The notes under the pieces: model-generated
What the model was told of the DNA's origin: nothing
The model's database searches: none
Seen by the model: the letters and a program-made list of their open reading frames with translations, nothing else
Translations under genes and position numbers: made by a program
Part shown: positions 21,289 to 31,066 of the stretch, in pieces
Layout: each line of letters opens with the position of its first letter
Position numbering within the stretch: the stretch's first letter is position 1
Source of the DNA: a virus
Lineage: Duplodnaviria > Caudoviricetes
DNA length: 64,000 nt
Virus record (IMG/VR): IMGVR_UViG_2593339273_000007
Location: 1-64,000 of that record
Reading direction: 5' to 3' (one strand)

Positions 21289-23766
21289 CTATTTATTATT
21301 TTTTCCTGTTTCGCTCGGTTTGGTTGTTATTAGAGAATATAGTTTTGTATTTTTCGGAAACCGGTCTATAAAAGGAACAATCGTATTTCCATAAAAAACA
21401 AGTCCTTCTCCTTCTCCTGAATTTGTTACATAGGAAAGCTGATGCTTTGATATATTGAGTTTTTTCGCTAAAATATCTCGATCCGTTCCCGCTTGGTTAA
21501 GCATTAGAATAAAATCCGTATTATCGAAAATATTTTCAATCTCCGGACTTGCAAGAAGGTCCTTAATATTTTGAGTAAGTCCAGTCGGCATACCTCCCCA
21601 TTTTCTGAAACGCTTCCAAATTTCAATGGAATAATTGGCGGTTTGCGGTTCCTTCAACAAGAGATGAAATTCATCTACATAGTACCTTGTAGCCTTTTTA
21701 TTTGCTCTATTTATCGTTACTCTGTTCCACACCTGATCCTGCACAACTAACATCCCTATCTTTTTAAGCTGTTTTCCAAGTTCCTTAATGTCATAGCAAA
21801 CAACTCGGTTATTTGTATCTACATTTGTTCTATGGTTAAATACATTCAGGCTTCCTTTGACATAAATCTCCATTTCTACCGCAAGTTTCTTTCCTACCGT
21901 TTCTTCCTGTTTTTGAAGAAGATTATATAAATCTTCTAAAATCGGCATATTTTCAGGTATAGGATTTTCAAAGTAGGCTTTATATAAAATAGGTAAACAA
22001 CGGTCAATAACGGAGATTTCTTCTGCACTTAATTTCTTTTCTCCTACAACAAGTTCAAATAGGGATAGTATGAAGTCTGATTTTAAAGACAAAGGGTTAT
22101 CTTCATCCGCATAGTCAATATTGATGTCCAGCGGATTGACATAGTTTTTTGAAATGGGCGATATTTTAATCACCTGCCCTTTGAGTGCTTCTACAAGTGG
22201 TGCATATTCGGCTTCCGGATCTGCTATAATAATGTCATCATCGGTAATTAAAAAAGCATTGGTAATTTCTCTTTTAGCCGCAAAGGATTTACCGGAACCC
22301 GGTGTGCCTAAGATAAGTCCGTTCGGATTTTTTAATTTTTTACGATCTGCCATAATAATATTTCTGCTTAGTGCGTTCAGTCCGTAATATAGGCTTTCTC
22401 CCTTGATAAAAAGTTCTTCTGTTGTAAATGGTATAAAGATAGCTGCTGCACTTGTAGTAAGCCCTCGTTCTATCTCCACTTCATTGATCCCAAGAGGTAA
22501 ACTTGCAACAAGTCCCTGTTCCTGTCTGTAATTTAGGTTTTTCAAACTGCAATTATGTCTGTTTGCAATGGACTTTAATGCAAATACCGTATTATCAAGT
22601 TTACTTTTACTTTTACTCGTATTCATAAAAAGAATGGTTACCAAAAACATCTTTTCATCATGATTTTGAAGCTCTGCTAGCAGGTTCTTTGCTTCTGCCC
22701 CATAAGTTACAAGGTCACTTGGCAAGATGTCGATATCATAGCCTGCACGAATCGCTTTTTTGTTTTCCTCAAGCTTCATCTTATCCAAATCCGTTATTTT
22801 TCTTTTTACATGTTTAATAGCTTCCATCTGGTCGATTGCTCTGATATGAAAGGTAACAATCATATTTTCTTCCAATGCCAAAAACTCTGATAACATCTCA
22901 TCTTTAATATCTGAGGCTAAAAGTTGTAAAAAGTTTACTTCCGCAAAGACTTCTCCTGTCTTAAAATAAGTCGGCTTAGAAAAGTTAAAAGACGGAGGTA
23001 CAATATATTCCTTAGTCGTCAGTCCACTGTATTTCAAATCCTCAAAAGAAAAAACAAGTTTATCATTTGGATTTAAAATGTCGTGAATAACCTTTAAACG
23101 CTCCTCACCATCAAGCACATAGGCTTTCACTCCCATCTGCTTAAAATTGTTTAACACATCCATTTCCATTCGCTCTAACCTGCTTTTTGCTTGCTTTAAG
23201 TCCTCCGCTTCTATGGTAAAGGTAAGATACATACTCTTGGATAGTCCGTTATTCCCCTTGCTGCTTTGATTTAAAAGCATCTGTCTGTATTCATTTCTAA
23301 TTTCGTTAAAATCATCTATATTTTCTTTAATATCAATCAGTTTATTGATTTCCTCATTTTCACCGATACTGTTGATATAACTGAACTGTACTTCCACAGA
23401 GGAATCAAAGAAATTTAGAAAAGAAGAAAATTCCGAGAATATTCCCTCTTGGTCAGCTTCCTCCATTAATCGATAGTTAATGTCCAAAAATCGAATGGTT
23501 TTATTAAATTTATTCTTTTCAATTTGACAAATCCCGTCTTTTAACATTCGCTTATAGGGAATGGTATCTTGTACGGTTTCCTTTTTCTCCTCTTTCATAA
23601 AAAAAGAAAACCACCCGTTTTTCTTTGATGATTTCCCATTTGTTTTAGACTTTGTTTTTTTCTTCCCTGATTTTTTAAGTTCCGATAACTCTTTTTTATT
23701 TTTCCTAAGCTCCATCTCTTCTTTTTTAATTCGCTGTTGCTGTTTTTTTCTTTTGTCTTTGTTCAA
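21289..23766 (-). CDS. virB4: VirB4-like conjugation ATPase
   Basis: GTPGSGKS Walker A, YVDEFH Walker B, KRFRKWGG. Confidence 0.95.
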   Translation of the reverse strand: MNKDKRKKQQQRIKKEEMELRKNKKELSELKKSGKKKTKSKTNGKSSKKNGWFSFFMKEEKKETVQDTIPYKRMLKDGICQIEKNKFNKTIRFLDINYRLMEEADQEGIFSEFSSFLNFFDSSVEVQFSYINSIGENEEINKLIDIKENIDDFNEIRNEYRQMLLNQSSKGNNGLSKSMYLTFTIEAEDLKQAKSRLERMEMDVLNNFKQMGVKAYVLDGEERLKVIHDILNPNDKLVFSFEDLKYSGLTTKEYIVPPSFNFSKPTYFKTGEVFAEVNFLQLLASDIKDEMLSEFLALEENMIVTFHIRAIDQMEAIKHVKRKITDLDKMKLEENKKAIRAGYDIDILPSDLVTYGAEAKNLLAELQNHDEKMFLVTILFMNTSKSKSKLDNTVFALKSIANRHNCSLKNLNYRQEQGLVASLPLGINEVEIERGLTTSAAAIFIPFTTEELFIKGESLYYGLNALSRNIIMADRKKLKNPNGLILGTPGSGKSFAAKREITNAFLITDDDIIIADPEAEYAPLVEALKGQVIKISPISKNYVNPLDINIDYADEDNPLSLKSDFILSLFELVVGEKKLSAEEISVIDRCLPILYKAYFENPIPENMPILEDLYNLLQKQEETVGKKLAVEMEIYVKGSLNVFNHRTNVDTNNRVVCYDIKELGKQLKKIGMLVVQDQVWNRVTINRANKKATRYYVDEFHLLLKEPQTANYSIEIWKRFRKWGGMPTGLTQNIKDLLASPEIENIFDNTDFILMLNQAGTDRDILAKKLNISKHQLSYVTNSGEGEGLVFYGNTIVPFIDRFPKNTKLYSLITTKPSETGKNNK

Positions 23767-23792
23767 TTTTTTTCCTCCTTATACTTAAAAAC

Positions 23793-23819
23793 AAAAAACA
23801 GCAATAAATTGCTGTTTTT
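23793..23819 (-). terminator. Intrinsic terminator between the bacteriocin-like gene and virB4
   Basis: AAAAACAGCAAT-AA-ATTGCTGTTTTT perfect hairpin. Confidence 0.75.
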
Positions 23820-23853
23820 ATATTTTATATCTTTTCATGACATATTTATAAAA

Positions 23854-24387
23854 TTAGAAACAATTATCTTTAATTGCTGTTATCCCTAATAATTCGGACG
23901 CTAAATTCATGATAGCTGTTCCTACCTTTTCTCCTGCATCTGGTGGAACGACTCCTGTCTTAAAGAAACCCATTACCAATATCGCAGCTTTTCTTATCCC
24001 ACCGATAGTTTTTATATATTTTTTAATCTTCAAAATCTTAGTAGCCGCAAAAACTGTTGATCCTACAACCCATGCTATTGCACCAACACATTTTGCGATT
24101 TCCCAAGCACCATATGTTGTGTAACTACTACTCTTTAATTCAATTCCATTTTTTAATAAATAGTCATAGATACTATTAACATCATTTTTTAGTAATATAT
24201 CCTCAGGCATCTTTTCAATAACTTCAAATACCTTTTCAAGTTGTGCTATAGACAAATTCATCTCCGCATCATGTTCATTTTTTATCTCTCTATAGCTACT
24301 TTTTTCTGCTCTAACTGTATTTACACACGGTAAAACAGAACCTGTCAAAATCGAAAAAAGCAATACTGCTGATATTTTCTTTTTCAT
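23854..24387 (-). CDS. Secreted bacteriocin-like precursor
   Basis: Sec signal peptide, acidic pro-region, C-terminal ~85 aa hydrophobic/cationic region with two Cys. Confidence 0.55.
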   Translation of the reverse strand: MKKKISAVLLFSILTGSVLPCVNTVRAEKSSYREIKNEHDAEMNLSIAQLEKVFEVIEKMPEDILLKNDVNSIYDYLLKNGIELKSSSYTTYGAWEIAKCVGAIAWVVGSTVFAATKILKIKKYIKTIGGIRKAAILVMGFFKTGVVPPDAGEKVGTAIMNLASELLGITAIKDNCF

Positions 24388-24393
24388 TTAGAT

Positions 24394-24801
24394 TCATTCC
24401 TTCTTGTCTATTTTTTTATTAAAATATATGTTCAGACTAGAAATTGTAATGTATATTCCAAATGAAAAAAACATAAGCAAATTCATGCCATGAAAAGATA
24501 TTCCCATAAATTTTAATGTTGTTACTATCAAAAATATAAACGCACATAAATATTGAATGACAACATTAACCTTGGCTCTACTTTTATAAAAAATAAGCTC
24601 TGATCTTTCATCAAATCTATCCATTTCACTATCCTTAAATACATCATCTCTAGACAATTCATACCTTCTCTCTAAAAACACATATATAAAAAAGATACTT
24701 CCAAGAAAAAATTCTACATTAAATTTTCCATCTATAACATATATTAATAATCCTAATAACATCAATATTAAAGCAATCACTCCATAAAAAAGATTTCTCA
24801 T
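24394..24801 (-). CDS. Four-TM membrane protein (putative immunity, DUF2178-like)
   Basis: Two TM pairs around a DER motif; translationally coupled to the upstream HTH gene. Confidence 0.6.
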   Translation of the reverse strand: MRNLFYGVIALILMLLGLLIYVIDGKFNVEFFLGSIFFIYVFLERRYELSRDDVFKDSEMDRFDERSELIFYKSRAKVNVVIQYLCAFIFLIVTTLKFMGISFHGMNLLMFFSFGIYITISSLNIYFNKKIDKKE

Positions 24802-25011
24802 TTCAATTCCTCCAAATTTTCTTTTAACATAAATAACTCTTCAATAGTTAACTCAAAAAAATAAACTTAATTTATATGCTAACATAATAGATGGTTTATA
24901 CTGTCCTTTTTCCAAAGATATAATAGTTCTGGCAGTTACACCAACTTTATTAGCTAGTTCCTCCTGAGTAATCGTCTTCGCTTCTCTCATTTCTTTTAAT
25001 TTATTAATCAT
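24798..25011 (-). pseudogene. XRE-family HTH regulator frameshifted in a T7 run
   Basis: MINKLKEMREAKTITQEELANKVGVTARTIISLEKGQYKPSI...; one extra T at 24855-24861 gives TGA; removing it restores ...FFELTIEELF...LK* overlapping the next ATG (ATGA). Confidence 0.8.
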
Positions 25012-25040
25012 ATTACTCCTCAACAAATATTACACTCAAA

Positions 25041-25076
25041 ATATGAAGTTAATTTCACATGAAGTTAACTTCATAT
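25041..25076. promoter_or_regulatory. Tandem palindromic operator upstream of the XRE gene
   Basis: ATGAAGTTAATTTCAC followed by the perfect palindrome ATGAAGTTAACTTCAT, next to a minus-strand -10-like TATACT. Confidence 0.7.
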
Positions 25077-25285
25077 TAGTATAATACTACATTTAACTTT
25101 TTATACAAGAGACATTAGACATATTTTGAATTATATTTTATGAGTGTTTATTATATTTTTAATCATGCAACACCCATTGCATAATTACCTTGCTTGCTAG
25201 AATATGTTCCTTTTATCTTTTGTATATCCTTATATGTTTTTACTTCTGATTTTGGAATATATTAATTTGTAAAATAGCACTTGTT

Positions 25286-25651
25286 TTATCTCCTTCTTTT
25301 TATCCTATGCTTATTTCCTATATCCTGCCTTTTTGTTCTCTTCGTATGATAAATGCTTTTCGCTTTGTATATCCTAATCTTTTTACTTTTATGAAACTTC
25401 AAGATATATGCTAAATGTTTTTCAAAAGGCAGATTGTCCTTTTCATAAAGCGTTGCAAAAAGAACAGGTAGGACTGCTATACTCATTACAATCATAGAAA
25501 TATCTGTACTCAGATAATTTTTACAAAGCATATATACAGGAAAACCGATAAGCCCCGCTATGCTAAAACCTATGAGCTGTCTTTTTGTCATATTAAGTGC
25601 CACTTTAGTTTTTACTTTCGTCAAATCCTTCGGTATTTTTACATATACCAT
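25286..25651 (-). CDS. prgI: PrgI-family (VirB3-like) protein
   Basis: VKIPKDLTKVKTKVALNMTKRQLI motif and two TMs. Confidence 0.9.
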   Translation of the reverse strand: MVYVKIPKDLTKVKTKVALNMTKRQLIGFSIAGLIGFPVYMLCKNYLSTDISMIVMSIAVLPVLFATLYEKDNLPFEKHLAYILKFHKSKKIRIYKAKSIYHTKRTKRQDIGNKHRIKRRR

Positions 25652-25654
25652 AGC

Positions 25655-26176
25655 CTAACCTCTATTCTTTTTGCCGGTAATTTCTTCTCTCATTTCGGAT
25701 AACTTTTCCATATGCTCCCAAAGTGAGATAATTTCTTCTTTACAATTTTCCAGTTCTTCAACCAGTGCCTTTACTTCACCTATCCTATCAATATCTTTCT
25801 TTACTGTATCCAGTTTTTCATTCATGGAAAGAATTTCTTTATACATGGCACTTAGTACATCTACTACCAACACTCTAAATTCTTTTTGCTTTTCTTCTTC
25901 CGTTTTTGATTCGTATTCTAAATACTCATCTTCTAAACTATATATCTCTTCTTTTCTTTCATCATCATTTTCTGTATCAAATTCGTCTTTATCAAAAGAC
26001 TCTTCTATCTCACCAAAATCAAAGTCAAAGTCATCTTCCTTAAAATCAGATAATTTTTTCGTTTTCTTTTTCAGTAGTACTGCTATCATCGTCCCGATAG
26101 AAAGAACTGAACCTACTCCTATCAAAATTCCCGTTTTCTTATTCATTTTATTTATTTTCTTCATATTTACCTCCAA
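25655..26176 (-). CDS. Hypothetical membrane-anchored acidic coiled-coil protein
   Basis: N-terminal TM; lies within the tra operon. Confidence 0.6.
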   Translation of the reverse strand: MEVNMKKINKMNKKTGILIGVGSVLSIGTMIAVLLKKKTKKLSDFKEDDFDFDFGEIEESFDKDEFDTENDDERKEEIYSLEDEYLEYESKTEEEKQKEFRVLVVDVLSAMYKEILSMNEKLDTVKKDIDRIGEVKALVEELENCKEEIISLWEHMEKLSEMREEITGKKNRG

Positions 26177-26241
26177 TAATTGTATCCATCTTCTTTTTCC
26201 AATTTTCTAATCAACTTTTGTTCAAAATGAGCAAAAGTCCT

Positions 26242-27105
26242 TTAATGGCTGTTTAAAATCGCCTTTGCGATACTTCCGGATTTCATCATCATGACTCCTA
26301 AAATCAATCCATATGCAAGCACCTGTAAAATACTTGTATGAATATCCGTAAAATTTACAGTTTTGACCAAGACTGCATAAATTCCAAAAAATATCAGGAT
26401 AAAAAGTCCCTGAAGTCCCAGTGCAAACAAACTTTTTATATAGTTTGTTCCGATACTTCCCCATTCTTTATTTCCCATGGTAGAAAATGGAATTGCTGCA
26501 ATCGAACAGTAAATATATATTTCAATCATTCTTCCATATAGGATTACAGTGATTAAGATGGATAGAATCGTTAAAGAAAATTTAACCAATCCCGTCTCAA
26601 GTGCAATCCCGATAAGTGTTCCAAGTTCCTTTGTTTTAAGGGCTTCTACCATAGCATCAAAATTACCGGCAGTTATATTTGCACTTGTCCCCACAACACC
26701 TGCCGCCTTTGATATCATGAACTGTGCAACATCAAAGACCGCCATTGAAAAATCAAAAGCATGAGACACAAGCCATACGGCAATCCACATTTTGATGATG
26801 TATTTAAAAAATTCAAAGGTATCCGTGTCTTGCATGGAATTTTTCCTCATCACCACTTGAATCAGCTCTACGCAAAGTATTGCGGTTAAAATTATTGCTG
26901 CTATGGGCAAAACAACATTGGTATTGATTGATTTGATAAAGGCAAAGACCTCCGAGTTCCAAGAACTCGGAGTCTTTCCCACTTCTCCTGCAACGGTTCC
27001 CACTTTATCGTTAATATCTACAAGCATTGCAGAAAGATTATCTTTAATAATATCAATCATAATCTCCTTGAAAAACTCATTTATCTTTCCAAATAAATCA
27101 AACAT
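26242..27105 (-). CDS. virB6: VirB6/TrbL-like conjugal transfer membrane protein
   Basis: Polytopic membrane protein with YGRMIEIY motif; synteny. Confidence 0.9.
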   Translation of the reverse strand: MFDLFGKINEFFKEIMIDIIKDNLSAMLVDINDKVGTVAGEVGKTPSSWNSEVFAFIKSINTNVVLPIAAIILTAILCVELIQVVMRKNSMQDTDTFEFFKYIIKMWIAVWLVSHAFDFSMAVFDVAQFMISKAAGVVGTSANITAGNFDAMVEALKTKELGTLIGIALETGLVKFSLTILSILITVILYGRMIEIYIYCSIAAIPFSTMGNKEWGSIGTNYIKSLFALGLQGLFILIFFGIYAVLVKTVNFTDIHTSILQVLAYGLILGVMMMKSGSIAKAILNSH

Positions 27106-27106
27106 C

Positions 27107-27322
27107 TTACTTTAATACATTCGCAAGTAGCGGAATCAGTTTTAGCCCTATCAAAACAATTCCTCCACCGCTCATGAGTTGTTTTATGCCTTGTGATTTG
27201 GCTCCGGGATTATCTGATCCATATCCTTCAAGCAAGTTGATAACTCCCCATGCACCAAGTCCCGCACCGATTGCCATAACTAAAATTTTAAGCACATTTA
27301 CTGCTTGTACAAAAAAATCCAT
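27107..27322 (-). CDS. Maff2-family small membrane protein (VirB2-like)
   Basis: GAGLGAWGVINLLEGYGSDNPGAKSQGIKQLM signature. Confidence 0.9.
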   Translation of the reverse strand: MDFFVQAVNVLKILVMAIGAGLGAWGVINLLEGYGSDNPGAKSQGIKQLMSGGGIVLIGLKLIPLLANVLK

Positions 27323-27325
27323 AAT

Positions 27326-27673
27326 TTATTCCTCCTCATTTTCCTGTTCTTTTTTATTGTTTGTTTCTTTATCAATTTTATTGACATGCTTTACAATAAA
27401 GTTTCTGTAGGTTTTATCCCCTTTTTCTACTTCCTTGTAGTATCCAAATACATGAATAAAATCTCCCTTTTCAAAATCTTTTACAAGTTCAGTCTTTTCA
27501 CCGTAGACATTACAATTTATATACTCTTTCTTTTTTTCTCCCGTCTTTCCCATTTTTCTAAAGAGTGTAAAATTCGCTACTGTAACTTCTCCCTCTTTTC
27601 CCTGAATGGTTTTTATTTCTACATTACCTATTAAGTTTCCGTTGATATTTAGCATTTCTTTTTGCATATACAT
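27326..27673 (-). CDS. ssb: Single-stranded DNA-binding protein
   Basis: OB-fold pattern GNL...VANFTL...YINCNVYG...KGDFIHVFG. Confidence 0.85.
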   Translation of the reverse strand: MYMQKEMLNINGNLIGNVEIKTIQGKEGEVTVANFTLFRKMGKTGEKKKEYINCNVYGEKTELVKDFEKGDFIHVFGYYKEVEKGDKTYRNFIVKHVNKIDKETNNKKEQENEEE

Positions 27674-27702
27674 CCTCCATTTTCATTTCTTTTGATTGAA
27701 TC

Positions 27703-27740
27703 AAAAAAAGACCACAACTTTTCTATTTTGTCATGGTCTT
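27703..27740 (-). terminator. Intrinsic terminator downstream of the C5 methylase
   Basis: AAGACCA...TGGTCTT stem followed by a T-run on the minus strand. Confidence 0.55.
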
Positions 27741-27775
27741 ATCTATATTTTTTCATATTAAATTTTATCTTTTGT

Positions 27776-28867
27776 TTATTCTAACTTCTGTTCATTTTGA
27801 GCAGAAGTTAGAAATTCATCTTTTATTCCTGCCATAATATACTCCACGCAGGGCAGTGCTATCGCATTTCCAAGTGCTTTATATCTTGCACTGTCAAGTA
27901 TGATATTTCCATCTACCCCATACTTTGTATAGTTATCAGGTAGTCCCATCAGTCTTTCACATTCTATCGGCGTTAAATATCTAATAAATCCCTCCTCTTC
28001 TTTTCCGTCCTCCCAATACGCAAACATTGTAGGATTTGATGCTAATAGGGCCTAAAAAGGCTCATTTGGCTTTCCGAAGCTGTTTCTAAAAAGAGTTTTA
28101 TTTCTTCTTTTTGCTCCTCCTCGCATTTTTCTATCTTGAAAGGGTCTGATGTTTGGTATTTTCCTCCCTGCTTTATCAGAATGCCTTCGATTGGACTTGG
28201 TATCCTTATCTTCGATGCTTCTGATAATCTCAGTATTTTCGAGCAGGTTTTCGGGCTTATATAATATTTTGTGGGAACGAAATCCTCCAAAATCGCAGAC
28301 AATAAATATTCTCTTTCTTCTTTGTAAGAGCTTAGGCTCTCCGAAATATTGGGCGTCCAAGACTCTCCAAGAAAACTCAAATTCTCTCCCTCGCACCACT
28401 CCTGCATTTGCCCATTTAGACTCAGGCATTGGAAGGCAGGTGCTACTGAAGGATTCGAGGACGGTTCTAAAATCCAACCTATCTCCCGATACAAAAGCTC
28501 CCATGACGTTCTCCCAAATAGCGAAAGTTGGATACTCCCCATTTGTTACACACCTCATTTCTTTAATCAATCGTATCGCTTGATAAAAAAGAGATGATTT
28601 TTCTCCACGAAGTCCTGTTAAATCTCCCGCTTTTGAAAAATTTTGACAAGGAGAACCGAATGTGATGATATCCACCGGTTTTATATCTTTTGCCTTTAAT
28701 TCGGTTATGTCTCCTAAATGCTCTACATCAGGAAAATGTCTTTTGGATATAGATATTGCATTTTTATCAATTTCGCTTGCCCATACCGTTTTTATCCCTA
28801 CTTTTCTTGCCGCTAAAGGAAATACTCCTATTCCATCAAATAAACTTCCAAGTGTTATTTCTTTTAA
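27776..28867 (-). pseudogene. dcm: C5-cytosine DNA methyltransferase with a TTA at the expected start and one in-frame TAG (28052-28054)
   Basis: One reading frame: LGSLFDGIG (I), GSPCQ (IV), WENV (VI), QRRKRIF (VIII), then TAG, then RYLTPIECERL (IX) and LGNAI (X); GAGGTG RBS precedes TTA at 28867. Confidence 0.8.
28042..28542 (-). CDS. Alternative-frame protein inside the C5 methylase (candidate beta subunit, M.EcoHK31I-like arrangement)
   Basis: Own GAGGTG RBS and ATG; 166 open codons; LSAILED.VPTKYYISPKTC..ILR motif. Confidence 0.65.
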   Translation of the reverse strand: MGSIQLSLFGRTSWELLYREIGWILEPSSNPSVAPAFQCLSLNGQMQEWCEGENLSFLGESWTPNISESLSSYKEEREYLLSAILEDFVPTKYYISPKTCSKILRLSEASKIRIPSPIEGILIKQGGKYQTSDPFKIEKCEEEQKEEIKLFLETASESQMSLFRPY

Positions 28868-29034
28868 CTTACATCACCTCTTTTCTATTTTCATAATATC
28901 CTTATATATGCTCCCTTTTTCTAACTTCTGCTCATTATGAGCAAAAGTCGGAGGACTTCTTCCTTTTGCCTTCATTTCATCATTCCTCCCTTGCTCTTAG
29001 CATAAAAAACAAGATTTGTATTTATCTTAGGTCC

Positions 29035-29184
29035 TTACTTTTGACCGATATACATTTTGCGAATTTCTTCCTTCTTTTTTAGATGTTTTAACTTTTGATT
29101 TAACAACCTAATCCTATTTTTTATCTGTTGCAATTTCTTTTGTTCTTTTTCAATTCGTATTTCTGTTCTTTCAAGCTCAGTCAT
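29035..29184 (-). CDS. Small coiled-coil protein (49 aa; DUF3847-like, possibly truncated)
   Basis: AAAGGA RBS; MTELERTEIRIEKEQKKLQQIKNR... Confidence 0.4.
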   Translation of the reverse strand: MTELERTEIRIEKEQKKLQQIKNRIRLLNQKLKHLKKKEEIRKMYIGQK

Positions 29185-29245
29185 TCTTAAATATTCCTTT
29201 CCAAAATTTAATCCAATAGATACTTCTGCTCATTTTGAACAAAAG

Positions 29246-31060
29246 TTATCCCTCATCATAAATTTCCACTAAAGTTACTTGCATATTTTCTTTTAGATTA
29301 ACTTTGTCTTTTCTCTTTAAATATTTTTCTATATCAAAGGTATTTTTCTTATTGTAATCGGAAAGCTGTTTGTAGTTCTTATGCTTGGTTATATCAAACT
29401 TATCACTGAAAAAAGGTCTTGCTCCTCTTATTTCCAAGATACACTTTCCTCCGTCCATCACTTTCAGTTCATCTCTGCTCATCAGTTCCTTTCCAAGCTT
29501 TTGATAGTTTAGTCCAAACGATTTTTGATTTGATCTTGTTTCCGATGTGTTGTAAAGGTCTATGGTTTCTTTTCCCAAGTTTTCGGACAGCTCCTTGATA
29601 GTCGTTCCTTCTTTTCCGCCTAAAAATAGCTCGCTATCACAATTGCCTAGAATCGTGTCGGCATGGTCTTTATAGATTGCTTTTAATTGACTTTTTGCTT
29701 GAAGGATAATACTTGCCGATATTTCTCTGGAACGAATGGTTGCAATGAGTTTTTCGAACTTCGGTATTTGTCCAATATTGCTAAATTCATCAAGTAGACA
29801 TCTCACATGAACAGGTAATCTTCCACCATATACATCATCTGCCTTATCACATAAGAGATTAAATAGCTGAGTATACATCATTGCCACTACAAAGTTAAAG
29901 GTGTCATCGGTATCGGATATGATAATAAAGAGGGCTGTCTTTTTATCCCCTATGGTGTCAAGTCCCATTTCATCATATTCCATAAGGTTTCTAAGTTCCT
30001 CTATATCAAATGCCGCAAGTCTTGCCCCACATGATATAAGAATCGACTTGGCAGTTTTTCCGGCGGCCAATTTGTATTTTCTATATTGCTTGACAGCAAA
30101 ATGATTCGGCTTTTCTTTTTCAAGTGCATCAAAGATATAATCTACTGCATTTTTAAAGTTTTCATCTTCTTCTCTCACTTCGCTGGCATCAATAAAGGCA
30201 AGTAGACTTTCAAAATTTTGTTCTTCCTCCGGTGCTTCATAGTATAGATAGCCTATTAAGGCTGTATAATACAAGCGTTCCGCTTTACACCAAAAATCTT
30301 CCGTAGATTTTTCTCCTTCGCCTTTTGTATTTGCCATAATCGTCTGTACAAGTTTTAGTATGTCCTTTTCACTCCTTAGATAGGCAAAGGGATTATAGTG
30401 CATGGATTTTTTGAAATTTATGGTGTTTAGCACTTTAATATCATATCCGTTTTTCTCTAGCATCTTTCCGCACTCAACAAGAACGGTACCTTTAGGATCG
30501 GTTACAACATAGGATGAGTGCATTTGCATCAAATTGGGCTTTAAGAAAAATCGGGTCTTTCCACTCCCGGATCCTCCTACTACAAGCACATTTTTATTAC
30601 GAGCAAATTTAGGATTTTTAGGTCTTGAGTTCATTGTAAGGCTTTCCGTATTAGTTAAAAGTATGTTGTTTTCAAATTTTTCATCCAAATATGGCTCAAT
30701 GTCTTTAGAACTTCCCCATCTTGCTGAGCCATATTCTACTCCTTGGCGAAATTTTTTTGCATTTTTCTTTTTTTGATAAACAATAAGCCAAATAACTGCT
30801 GAAAAACAAATACCTGCAAATAAGTCATCTATATGAAATGATGGCAGATAAGACAGTGTTCCTATATCAGATAAAGCTACTATCATCTTATCTACATAAT
30901 CACCACCTACATAACTGTTTATATGCTTTGAAAATATATTCGCCAGATAAAAGAAAAAGAGATAAGGTAAGTTTTTAATTACAAACTTTTTCTTATCTCT
31001 TATGTGAAATATATTTTTTATATCTTTTAGTATTTCTTTTACAATCTTCGTCTTTACCAC
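29246..31060 (-). CDS. virD4: VirD4-like type IV coupling protein
   Basis: GGSGSGKT, TDPKG, LLDEF and RSREIS motifs; N-terminal TMs. Confidence 0.96.
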   Translation of the reverse strand: MVKTKIVKEILKDIKNIFHIRDKKKFVIKNLPYLFFFYLANIFSKHINSYVGGDYVDKMIVALSDIGTLSYLPSFHIDDLFAGICFSAVIWLIVYQKKKNAKKFRQGVEYGSARWGSSKDIEPYLDEKFENNILLTNTESLTMNSRPKNPKFARNKNVLVVGGSGSGKTRFFLKPNLMQMHSSYVVTDPKGTVLVECGKMLEKNGYDIKVLNTINFKKSMHYNPFAYLRSEKDILKLVQTIMANTKGEGEKSTEDFWCKAERLYYTALIGYLYYEAPEEEQNFESLLAFIDASEVREEDENFKNAVDYIFDALEKEKPNHFAVKQYRKYKLAAGKTAKSILISCGARLAAFDIEELRNLMEYDEMGLDTIGDKKTALFIIISDTDDTFNFVVAMMYTQLFNLLCDKADDVYGGRLPVHVRCLLDEFSNIGQIPKFEKLIATIRSREISASIILQAKSQLKAIYKDHADTILGNCDSELFLGGKEGTTIKELSENLGKETIDLYNTSETRSNQKSFGLNYQKLGKELMSRDELKVMDGGKCILEIRGARPFFSDKFDITKHKNYKQLSDYNKKNTFDIEKYLKRKDKVNLKENMQVTLVEIYDEG

Positions 31061-31066
31061 TCCTTC

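Larger units (their letters stand above)
26213..29247. repeat. Four dispersed 27-bp palindromes (26213, 27783, 28923, 29221)
   Basis: Consensus ACTTYTGYTCA-WWW-TGARCARAAGT read at all four positions. Confidence 0.85.

Noticed and set aside
26222-26464. Same-strand alternative-frame ORF in the virB6 3' end
   Set aside because: Short, no family resemblance and no convincing RBS, unlike the two nested genes reported
28052-28054. Amber codon as evidence of genetic-code reassignment
   Set aside because: TAG terminates other genes normally in this window (e.g. topB, virB4); it is a single lesion
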